In this document: piece by piece, positions 51,401 to 63,700 of the stretch
How the letters are laid out: each line of letters starts with the position of its first letter
Numbering within the stretch: the first letter of the stretch is position 1
Source: Euglena gracilis
Lineage: Eukaryota
Length of the DNA: 64,000 bases
Reading direction: 5' to 3'
Assembly: GCA_039621445.1 (NCBI GenBank)
Contig: CP154954.1
Location: 40,665,572-40,729,571 of the forward strand
Translations under genes and position numbers: made by a program
The notes under the pieces: generated by a model
The model's input: the letters and a program-made list of their open reading frames with translations, nothing else
Databases searched by the model: none
What the model was told of the DNA's origin: nothing

Positions 51401-54273
51401 GGGGTAAGATCTGGGGGAGGGGGCAGGGGGGGGGATGACATTTATTGCTGCACTACCAGGCAGGCACCAAAAAGTGTGTTGATTTCCCGCATTGTACAGC
51501 TGGAGCTGCAAAATAAACGGGAAACAAATCAACAGGGACAAATTGTTTAAACTGTCGGGGGAAGTGCCACCCCTGAGGGTGACGTGGGAGATACCAACAC
51601 ATTATTATGATTAATTAATTCAAGGTTGTCCCCCTTCGGTCAAAGGAGTGCTCCCCCAAACATCATCCGTGGGCCGAGGGCAGCTTGACACGCACCTGTT
51701 TCCTTTAACCCCCCCCCTAATAGAAGCACGGGTGCGCTTATAGCGGACCGCCGCCTCGTGCTTCTATTAGGGGGGGGGGAGTTTACACACTCTCCAGCAT
51801 GCACATCCTTCTGGCGCCGTGTCACGCGGTTGGGTACATCAGCGCCTGATGTAGCCTTCCTGAGATTGATCCCCCCCCCAGTGCCGTTGCGACCACAGCC
51901 AGGCCCTCCGGCATCGAGTCCCGCTCGCCAGTCCGGACCGCTGCGCTGCCCTTCCCCCATGTGCCCTCTCCCCCGTCCTCAGGAGGAGCCACCTGCCCCC
52001 ACCCCCGCTTGGCCCTCGTCCACCGCCGCTCCCGCGGAGACGGGGGCGGCCTTGGCCACCTCATCGGATGCAGCCAGACCTCCGCCGGGCACCGCTGCAA
52101 AGGACCCAGACCCTGCTGGAGGGGGTGACTGACAGGTTTTTGTCAGAGTGATTGACTGGTCTTTTCCCAAACCCCTGCCCCCTGCCCCCCCCAAAGGGGT
52201 TGGCAAAACACCAACCTGGCGCCGCAGGCACCAGATATGTATGTGCCAGTTTTCCCTGGGTGAGGAAGTGGCCGACCCCCCCCCCCCCGGTCGTGACTGA
52301 TTCCTCTTGAAGAAAACCGTGGCTGGAAGAGTGGATTTGACCCCCGGTGAAATGCATGCAATACATCGGTAAAATGCACGCTGGTGGTGACCCCTCCCCC
52401 TCGGGAACAACCCCGGTGAGATGGTGGACGCCTGCTCCCCAAGGCTGTAGCCCAGGTCAGGGTTGGACGTGGGGGGTCCCCGGGGTCCCGCGCCCTGGGT
52501 GGGTGGGGGGCCCTCCCCCCCGGGGTCTCAGAAAGAAGCCTATCCCGGAGCCCCGTGGAGGTCTGGGGGCACTCCCGGGGTCCTTCGATCCATTCAACCG
52601 CCGGGAGCAGGGCACGGCCTTCCGCCCCCAGATGGATGGGTTGGCGCTGCGGGGCCCCACCGGACAGGAAGCGGGGGCTGGAGGAGGGTTGGGTTGGGGG
52701 GGGGGAGGGGGGGGGGGGGCTGTCCGGATGGGAGTGCCGGCTGGGGGGGGGCCTGGGAGGCACCGCACCTTTGGCAGTGCCCTGGTGTGGGGGACCGCCG
52801 CAGCGGGAGGGGGCGGAGGCACGAGGAGCCCCGCCCCGCCCGCCGGGCAAGCTGGGGCCCAGCAGACCACCTCGTGCAGCACGGCCCCGACGAGGCATGT
52901 GTGTGTGTGTGTGTCTGTCTGTCTGTGTGTGTGCGTGCGTGCATATGTGGTAGTGGGAGTGGGTGTGGATGTGGGTGTGATGTGAGCACCGAAGAGGTGC
53001 TGTTTTGATTTGCAAAAAAGCCCCTGTGCGAGGCTTAATCTGGTCCAGGGAAGGCGAACTCTAAATCTGAAAATCAGAAGCAAGTAATCATGAAGCACCA
53101 TGTGTAAGCCCCTTCGGTGGATAGCAGAGGACATTTTTCACCTCAAAAATGAACGCTGCTCGGGATGGCTTTTTGGCGAACCAATATCCAAAAGCAAGAG
53201 ACCAGGGCAACTGGAAAAAGCTTTTTTTTCGACGATTTTATCAGAAATGATGTGCCATTTTGGGTCGTTTTGGGGGATTTCGACCAAGAAATCCCCACCA
53301 ACCCCCCCCCCCCCAGGCTGACCAGCCATACCAGAGCGTACTGACCTCCGGGGGGCCGACCCCCCCCCCTGCCGTCATGTCGAACCCTGTCAAGTGGGGG
53401 CTTCCCTGTGGGATGGAAACTTCAGGTACCCCCTCCCCTGCCTTGCCCCTCTCCCTCAGGGGGCGATGGCCTCACTGGCGGACCTCACCCCGCCCCGCCC
53501 CGCGGCGCAGCGGCGCCGGGCGCGGCGGCGGCCGGAGGGGCGGGACCAGCAGCTGCTGCGGCTGTTCCAGCGGCTGTTGCAGGCGATGGAGGAGGCGGAG
53601 GCCGACTCGTCGGACGGGTGTGTGTGCCGCGGAGTGCCGATGCCCCCCCTCCCCCCCAACATTAGCTAAGTCGAAACAGGCCAAAACAGTGCAAAATGGG
53701 CCATATCAGGGCCAGGCGCGCAGCTGGCCCTGGGGACTGATACTAGGGTGCTAGAGGGTTTCCAGGGTTTTATTACATATATACATAATATATATATATA
53801 TGTATGTATCCATATACATATATATACACACATATATGTAGACAAAAGGTTATATATATGTATATATATATGTTATATATGTATATTATGTGTGTGTGTG
53901 TGTGTGTGTAGATGCACATGGCAGCAAGCTGCTACTTGGCCAAGTAGTAGCTCCAGGGGGGGGTCCAATTTTTTTTGTGTTAATGATGGAGTAGGGTTAG
54001 GGTTACATATTCGGCCTAGTTTTACGCCTAACTTGTACACCTAACACCCGTCTGTAAGTTAGGCCTAACCTTAGACCTAACTCGTAAACCTAACCCTATT
54101 CCAGCAAAAAAAAATTGCCTCCCCTGGAGATACCACTTGCCCCCCCCCCCCCCGAGGGGGGGGTCAAGTAGTAGCTCGCTGCCATATATATATAATGTAT
54201 ATAATATATGTATGTATGTATGTATGTATGTGTGTGTATATATATACATATATACACACACACACATATATAT

Positions 54274-54340
<67 letters not shown>

Positions 54341-54858
54341 GGCAAGGCTAATTTACTGGCCCCCCCCCCCGGGGGGGGCCCAGTAGTTTAACCTGGGGGC
54401 GGGGGTCCCACTTCTTTCACCAACTCCAAATTTTGGTTTTCGCTCCCCGACGCGCCGCATTTCGGTTGGTTCCGGGATCGGGGTTGGGGTTAAAATAGGG
54501 AATAGGGTTAGGGTTACGATTTGGGAAAAAAAGTTAGGCCGAAATCGGGTCGAAATTCACATAGAAGAATGGACCGGAAATTCGTCCGAGATTCGGCCGA
54601 AATCGGGTCCAACCGCCGAATTTCCCCCAACCCTTCACCCGAACCCGAACCCGAATCCAAACCCTAACCCTAACCCTAATCCTGAAAATAACCCCCTAAT
54701 AACCCCGCCGGCGAAAAAATTTTCCGGTAGTGGGTGGGTTTCCCCAGGGAAAAGTAAAGGGGGGCCAGTGGTTTTACCTGGGAGGCCGAAGTCCCCGGTA
54801 GGTACAACTACTGGGCCCTCCCCCCGGGGGGGGGGGGGGCAGTAAATTAGCCTTGCCA

Positions 54859-54956
<98 letters not shown>

Positions 54957-55013
54957 ATATATATATCTCTATCTATATATATCTCTATATATATATCTAT
55001 CTCTATCTCTCTC

Positions 55014-55057
<44 letters not shown>

Positions 55058-57630
55058 ATATCTCTCTATCTCTCTCTCTCTCTCTCTTCATCTCTCTCTC
55101 CTGGCCCGACTAACTTACTGGCCCCCCCCCCGGGGGGGAGGGCCCAGTAGTTTAACCTGGGGGTGGGGGTCCCACTTCTTTCACCAACTCCAAATGTTGG
55201 TTTTCGCGCCCCGACGCGCCGTATTTCCGTTCGTTACGGCAGTGGGATTGGGGTTAAAATAAGGAATAGGGTTAGGGTTCCGATTTGGCAAAAAAGTTAG
55301 GCCGAAATCGGGTCGAAATTTACCTAAAAGATTGGACCGGAAATTCGTCCCAAATTCGGCCGAAATCCGGTCCAACTGCCGAATTTCCCCGATCCTGACC
55401 CTTCAGCCGAACCCCAACCCGAATCCAAAACCTAACCCTAACCCTAATCCTGAAAATAACCCCATAATAACCCCTCCGACGAAAAACTTTTCCGGCGGTA
55501 GATCGGTTTCCCCAGGGAAAAGTAAAGGGGGGCCAGTGGTTTTACCTGGGAGGCCGAAGTCCCCGGTAGGTACAACTACTGGGCCCTCCCCCCGGGGGGG
55601 GGGGGCCAGTAAGTTAGTCTTGCCATATATATTATATATATATTATATATCTATTATATATATATATATATATATCTCTATATATATATATATATATATC
55701 TCTATATATCTATCTCTATATAGTCTCTATATATATATATCTATCTCTCTATATCTCTATATCTCTCTATATATCTCTCTCTATATAGTATCTATCATCT
55801 CTCTATCTCTCATCTCTATATCTCTCTCTCTCTATCTCGCTCTCTATACTCTCTCTCTCTCTATCTCTCTCTCTCTCTCTCTCTATCTCTATATCTCTCT
55901 CCCTTTAGCGCACCTACCCGCCCCCCCCCCCCCCCGGGCATTGACGCCCCCAGGCAATTGACGCCCCCGGGCAATTGCCACCCCTGGCTGTGCTGGCCAA
56001 TTTGGCACCCCGGAAATTGTCACCCCCACCCCCTTCCGTCCTGCCCAATTTGTCACCCCCCCCCCACAGAAGATGTTTGTGAACTTTCTTTTTGCCGACA
56101 CGACCCGATTGATCCTCTATTTCGAGAAATGTCACATACCAAATGCTCTGCACAATATCAACCATAGCTGCATTTTTGCGTGTTCACTGGTGTTTCAGAT
56201 GGTGTTCTTGGTCATTTGGATTTAACGTGACCTACATGGGTGGGCAATTGACGCCCCCGGGCAATTGACGCCCCCGGGCAATTGACGCCCCCGGGCAATT
56301 GTCATCCCCCACTGTGCCGGTGCGGCCCGATTAGTCGCGCGATTGCCCGGGGGGGGGGGGGGCGGGTAACCCTATTCCTTCAATTAACCCCATAATAGCG
56401 CAACTTGGCCATATTGCGCAACATGGCCATGTTGCGCTATTATGGGGTTAATTGAAGGAGTAGGGTTAGGTGCGCAAATGGCCATGTTGCGCAATGGCAG
56501 GTGCAGGGTCGTGGGTAGCAGGGGGGCCCCCCTGCTACCCGCCTGCCACACACACACACACACACGCACACATATATGTCACTACTGGGCACTACTGGGT
56601 ACTAAACTTGACACCAGGTTGGGCACGGGGTATAACCCCCCCCACTTATAAACCCCCGGAGGTTTAATGGATAAGGGGGGGGGTTAGATGGGGGGGGGTT
56701 TACAGGTCCCGGAATTGTTGGTGAAAATCCGACCCCCCAAAATGACCCTGAAACCCCCCCCAAATTGGCAATTTTTGGCAAATTTGGCCAAAAATGGCAT
56801 TTTTGATGATGGCAGGTGTCAAATAATTGCCAAAAAATCAGTTTTTGGGTGGTTTGCAGCCGAAAAAATCGTCCCCGGCGGCTTTCATTTTTCTTCCCCG
56901 AAGGGGGGAGTTTATAGGTCCCGGTTTGTTTGGTTGGTCGGCCCGAGGGGGGGGTTTATAGGTGGGGGGGGTTTACAGGTGGGGGGGGGGGTTATATGCC
57001 CTGGGGTTAGTGAGGGCGTAGGGTTAGGGTTAGGACTGGCCCCGGATGGGGTTTCGGCCGAGACGCGCGCGCGCGCCGCGCCTCCCCTCCAAGCAGCTAT
57101 AGTGAAAATGACCAAAAATGGCCGAAAACGGCCGAAAATGACCGAAAATGGCCGAAAATCTGAAGATCAACTATAGGTGCTATTGATCCCCTCCCCTGGC
57201 TGGTGCCGCCCAATAACCGCGCAGGCCTGGCGGCCGAGGGCGCGAATCTCCTCGGCCCGGCCCTTTCCGGGTAGACCCCCCCGAAAGGCCGGGACGGCCA
57301 AATCCCCTGTGGGGGCCGACCGTTCGGCGGGCTGTATCTTTCTTCACCCCTGCTTGTCTGCCGCCTTTGGGAATCGCGCCGGCCCGGGTTAGGCACAGGC
57401 GGCGCGGCGCGGCGCACGCGCGCGCGTCGGCTGAACCCCAGTCCTAACCCAAACCCTATGCCCTCACTAACCCCAGGGCATGTATACCCCGTGCCCAACC
57501 CGGTGTCAAGTTTAGTACCCCCCGGGGGGGTACTAAACTTAACATTTGCCATATATATATGGATATATATATATATATATGGATATATATATATGGATAT
57601 ATATATGTATATATATATATATATATGGAT

Positions 57631-57672
<42 letters not shown>

Positions 57673-60600
57673 GGAAGATGTATATATATTATAAATATAG
57701 TTGGGGCGGCTTGGCTCCATCTTCAGCCAAGCATACACAGCCAGCGCCATCCCAGGGTAGGAACAAGATCCGGCAAGAATAGGTTGTGTGCGGTGGTGCC
57801 GAATCTCACCCAACGTCGTTCATCCCCTCCATGCCAGAGCTGAACAGGACTCCCGGAAACCCTGTGGGTGGTGGGTTGTGGGTTGACCCCATATTTAAAT
57901 CTATTTCTAACGGTCTAATTCAAATGGTCTCCGGGAAAAATGGATCTTTGGGAAAGAGGTGGTCCTTCGACGTTGGAGTTGATGGGGCAGGTTGCAATTC
58001 ACGCTGTAATTGTGTTGCAACTGTGCTGTGGCATGCAACCGTTTCCCAAAGCAGGTCCTATGTCCAGCGAGCTTTTGAGTTTCAGGAGTTCAGTCCCGCC
58101 CACCCACTCGACGGAGAGGATGGTACCACCTCAGGCAGGGGGTGACAGGACGGCGTGGTGGGGCCCCCCACCACAGCACGTCTCACCCCACCCCAGGGCC
58201 AGCACGGAGAGCGGGTCTTTCAGCGGCCCGGACCGCGTCCCGCTGTCCCACCAATCCCTGCCCAGCGACCGTGTCACCCCCGGCAACTTAAATTGGAGAA
58301 TTGCGAAACGTTTGGCCAAGCAGCAGGCGGCATCAGGGGAACCAACCAACCCCAAGAAACCCCCTCCCCTGGGGGGGGGGGGCAAAAAGACCGATGGGGC
58401 ATCACTGATGGGGAGCCACTCTTCCAAAAAAAAAAGCCAGTCAGTCACTTACCCCCCCCCAGAACAAGACCCGGGTCATATTTTTGGATCCGTTGCTGGA
58501 AACCTCCAGGGGGGGGGGGGCTTTATTTATGGGGGGACTTGTGTTAGGGCTTCATCTTGACCGACCTGGGCCCCCAAAAAATATCATTTTCCAGGTTCCC
58601 AAAAACACCAAAATTTTCCCAAATTCTTTTCTAATCTTATCTAATTTTCTAATCCAAATCTTTTCTAATTTTTCAGATATTTTTAAATTTTCCTCCGGCG
58701 CTTCGTGCCATGTGTAAATTGCTATAAATTGAAGTTTACCATGTTTTTTTTGAAATTTCATCATTTTTGTGAATGAAATTGGGGGTTTTGTACTTTTTCA
58801 GGGAAAATTTTCACTGTCCCCGGCGCTTCGCGCCGCATGGGGAGATCTTATTTTGGGGGTCTTATTTTTGGATTTTGCTCAATCGGCGCAGGGGGGGGGG
58901 GCTGAATTTGGGGGGGGGGGTCTTATTTTGGGGGCTCTTATTTGGGGGGGTTCCCCCAGGGTTGGCCACTTTTGGATCCAGGGGGAATTGACCACAAATG
59001 TGAAATAAAACGGCCAAAGTTTTTCTCTGGCGCCTTCCGCACCGGGTCACTTTGGTGGTGATGGAATCGTTGCCTGAGTGTCTGGGCTGTCGCCAGCCGG
59101 AGGGCTCCCCAGGTCTCAAGCACGGGGGCGTTGGGAACTGCACGCCGGCCGCTGCCCCGCCCTCCGCCATCCCCATCGCCGAGGCCCACCCAAGTGACCC
59201 CATCCAGGGCCCTGACCCCCATGCCCTTCGCGTGCCCGTGAAGGCTCCGGCCTGCTTTCCCCCAGTGTTGGGCTGCCTCTGCGAGGGGAAGTTGCGTTCC
59301 CCACACAGCGGTTCATTCATGGGTTGGCCCACCGCGCCAATTTTTTTTTGTTTGCCGGATCCGCCACCGCCGTTCCAGCCAGAGTCACATTCCACTCCTC
59401 CTCTTCCTGCTCCGCTGCGGATCTTTCCCATTTGAAGCCCGTGCCCTGTGTTGTCTGGAGTTCTTTCCGTCGCCCCGGGGCGGGCAGCGCCGTGCCGCCG
59501 TCTCCTCCGGCGTGCTGGAGTCGTCCACAAACCTCAACGTCAGCTCCCTGACCGCCAGCGATGGGCCCAACATGACGTATGTTCTTCTCCCCTCGGTGGG
59601 GTGTGGCATTGGCACCACAAGCCCTCCCTTTGGGGGTAGCCGGATGGGATCCCATCGTCCATCGTGGGAGGGGTGGGGTGAGATTGGCAGGCTTTGTTTC
59701 AGAAATGCAAAGCAGGTGCGGGCGTTTGCATCTTTAAACCCCCCCAAATAACCTGGCGGGGCCCTTGCTTTTGGCAGTGGCCAAATAACTTGGCGGGGGG
59801 AGGGGCAAAAAAGATGGTTCCAGTAACTTGGCTCCCCCCTTTTAGGCAAAGTTCCTTTCCAACGCTGAAAAAAGGGCCCAAATAACCTGGCGGGGGGGAG
59901 GGCCAAAAGTTGGTTCCAATAACTGGCACCCCGCCAGGTTTTGGGGGGGGGGTTACTATGAATATGTGGAAGGCGGTTAGTATCCTGCTCCTGGGGTCGA
60001 TACCACCCCCGATCCACCCCCGATCCACCCCCGGTGTATGAATCACAGACTTATATGAAGGAATTGGGCTGTACGTTGAATTTTGGGCCAATTTGGGCTT
60101 TTGGGCCAAATAATTTTGGCCAAATTCCAAACCCTGACCTTGTGGGTGCGTCCCTTCAATGGGCGGGCACCTTGTGGCAGAAAGCACCCCCGAAGAAGCC
60201 TTACGGGAAGCTCGCTGCAGCTGGAGGTCAGGCTGCCCCTTCTTGGCAGAGGGCACTTGGCTTTTTTTCGCTGCATCGCCACCAACCCATCCGGAACTGG
60301 CTTGGACGGGCTGGTCGGGACTGCGTCCCCATCACGCGCCACACCCCCCCCCCCCGCCCGCAGTGTCCCCCCCCCATCCTGTTGTGGCTGTCGCAGGGCG
60401 GGCAAGCCCCCCAGGACCTCTGCGGAGCGGGCGACCCAGACCACCCCACCGCGCCGGCCGTCGCCTGCCCGCCTCCCCGCCGCGGCGCCAGAGCCACAGG
60501 CGGCGCTGTGCCCAGCCGCGGGCTCATCTCACATCATTGGCTGCGCGTGTTCGCGGCCCCTGTCGAGCTCCACCCACGCCCCCCTGAAGGTTTGCTTGCT

Positions 60601-60675
60601 CTGGCGCAGCAAGACAGTCAGGTTCAATGGCCAATTTGACCAGGGGGCTGCGGCAGCAGGGCATCCGGTTGTGTG

Positions 60676-60714
<39 letters not shown>

Positions 60715-60715
60715 T

Positions 60716-60757
<42 letters not shown>

Positions 60758-63700
60758 GGTGGGTGGATGGGTGGGTGGGTGGGTGGGTGGTGGGTGGGTG
60801 GGTGGGTGGGTGGTGGGTGGATGGGTGGGTGTGTGTGTGGCCACTCTTGTGCCCGCATTGATTGGACGGATGGCCGACTCAGGGAGCCACCTGTCCTGTT
60901 TGAGTTCACCCCTCCCCCTTTGGCAATTGAGCCAGGCCCTTTTGTGGAGAAAGGAATCCTCCTTGGGGGCAGGGTTCAATATAAGGAGGGCGTACATGGT
61001 TTAGGTGGGGGGGTGTCCCCCCCACCCCCCCCCCTCCTGGCCCGCAGGGGGGGTCCGGACCACAGACACACAGACAAAAAGTGCCAGAGGCGAACAACAG
61101 CGCCAGGCCAGAAGAAGGGATAAAAGGCGCCAAAAAAACAGCCACAGTGCACACAGGGGGTCCGGACCCCCCCCCCCCCCCACCTGCAAGGGGGGTCCGG
61201 ACCGACCTCGGGGGGTACCCGGGACCCCCCCCCCAAAAGGGTCAACTTTTTCCTCCGGCGCTTCGCGCCGCAATTTTTTTTGCATTTTTGGCCAATTTTT
61301 GCCCAAAAAGTGCCCAAAATGGCACTTTTGGTCGTTTTGGGGGGTCAAAATTTTTTGGTCACCCTGACCGCGCCACTGTTTAGGTGGGGGGGTGTCCCCC
61401 CCACCCCCCCCCCTCCTGGCCCGCAGGGGGGGGTCCGGACCCCCCCCTTCTCTCCTTATATCGAACCCTGCTTGGGGGTCACAGGGCACCTGGGTTTCTC
61501 CCCTCTTTCGTTTGGACTCGGGGGGGGGGTACCGGTGCTCTTGGCATCACAGAAGTGTCTTGAGGTGCAGTGTTCCTGCCTGCCCGAACGCTTCAGTTGG
61601 CACTCCATCTGCACTGACATTGCAGGCTTCGCTGCTCGGGTTGTGCTGCAGCTGTGAGAGCCGGACTTGGCCCTGCCCCGGTGCCGGGCCCGCCGATCGG
61701 ACGCATGCACCCGTGCTCACTTCCTCCCCCATCCCTGACGGCCATTCCCTCACACCTCATACGATATGCCTCGGATGTGTGCACAGCACGCATTTTACTT
61801 CCACCCCGTCCACCCTAGCCGCAGGCACGCACAGCAACATGCGCCCTCGCATTCATGAACACCCTCTCGGGCACCAGGCACTGCGGCGTGGGTTGGGTTC
61901 AGTGCCGGGGCAGGCTCCCACCTGGAGGCGGCGCGTGGGAGGACCGTCCTCAGCACGTCGCTTCCCCCCTGGCCCGCCACCACCAGCGCCTGGTCCCCTC
62001 CCCCCGCCCACCACCCCCGCTCCTTTGCGCGGTCCTCCCAACACTCCCGTTGGCTGGGGTGGGCCGGAGCTGCGACACAACCATCTGGACCAGGGCTGGG
62101 CTTTGGACCATGCACGCATGCATTTATGTGCCGATCGGGTGGTAAGCATCCAACCCGCAATGGCGCAACCCGCCCGCCCCACCAGGGCAGAACGGGATTC
62201 GGCCAAACAGCCAGGATGGTGTGTCGACCCCCCCCACCACCTCTTCCCGCATTTCTGGGAACATCAGTTTTTGGACCCCCAAGAATTTTTTCCCGGCGCC
62301 TTTTGCGCCGGGTGTATTTTGGACCCATTTTGGGACCCATATGGGAGGTCCCCCACCAAACCCCCCCCCAGACCCCATTTTTTCACACATTCCAAAATCT
62401 CAATATGTTCTCAAAATTTTGATTCTGAGAGGTTCTTGAAGCAAAAAATGCCATTGAAAATCCAAAAATCTTCTAAGACAAAAAAATGTCAGTAAATTTT
62501 ACTTGCACCAAAATTGGTCGATTTTTTCGACCTTCATTTTTTCACCTTCATAAAAATTACCAATTTTAAAACCTGAATTTTTTGAGTTTTTTTTGTGAAA
62601 ACCATCAAATTGGGTTCATCTTTCAATTTTTTTGAAAACTCTCCTGGCCAGAATCCTCATTTCCCCAAAATTGGTGAAACTGCTGTGGTGGGTGGGGGAG
62701 GGTCGACCCCCCCACCAGGCCTTCCCGTTCTGCCCTTCGCCCCGCCCAAACACACTGCACACAGAACAGACAACACACACACATACTCACACAACCAATA
62801 CGCACGCATGCACATGCTCATCGGTCCCCTATGCACCATGCCCAGCCTTGCCGCCAGTCCTTCCGGCTGACCTCCTCCCATCGCCCGCTGGCCACGGCCA
62901 CCCCTTTTCGGCCCATCCACTTCCCACCCCCGGCCCACACGATGCGTCCTATGGGACAGAGGGGGGCCGTGCCTGCGTTCCACAGTTCCGGACGATCCAT
63001 CTCCGTCCCCCCCTTCCGCTGTCGGTCGGCGTCCCCTTCTGCGCGCCTGGGCTACGGTGTGCCCCCGCCCCGGCGTCCCCAAACCCCGGAACGGGCGGCA
63101 TTCCTGTCCCTCCCGCACCCCATCCTGGTTTTCTGCCGGATGACATGTGTTTCTGACATTGACACACGGTGCCAGGCTTTAACCCCCGCGGGTGAAAGGA
63201 AGCAGTCGGGGCGGGTGTGGTCTGTGCCCCCCCCCACCGCGCTCTCCCCAGAGGAGTACGCTTCCCCTCGATGGCTTGCGGAGTGGCGCCGCCGCAACCA
63301 CCCCGCCTCGCTCCACCCCGCCACCGCCGCCCTGGGGCACGCTTGGGAAGTGAGGGGGCGGGGGTTCCTCGGGCAGGCACCCCAAGGCACCAAGCACCAA
63401 CCCCCTGGGGGGAGGGTCGGGGACATTGGCCAACAGTGCCTCGGCACTCGGCCAAGGCACTTCGGCGCAGGGGCCGGATGGCCTGGGAAGCCCTGTTACC
63501 TGATTTAAGGCCTGCGGCCAGGCAGGCACCCCCAGGCACTGCACTTGGTCAAATTCCGCCTGTTGGGCAGCTGCGGGGTTTCCACACTTCCTTCTCAGCT
63601 AGATCTCCAAGAAGGTTGCCGCTTGTCAGGTTCAGCCGGCCCATTGATTTCATTTCTGTCCAAGCAGGGTGACCGGGGACAGCTCAAAGCTTCAGCCGTT

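Noticed and set aside
51354-51405. Chromosome end or telomere
   Set aside because: The tract is short, degenerate and intronic, and the same motifs recur inside repeat elements.
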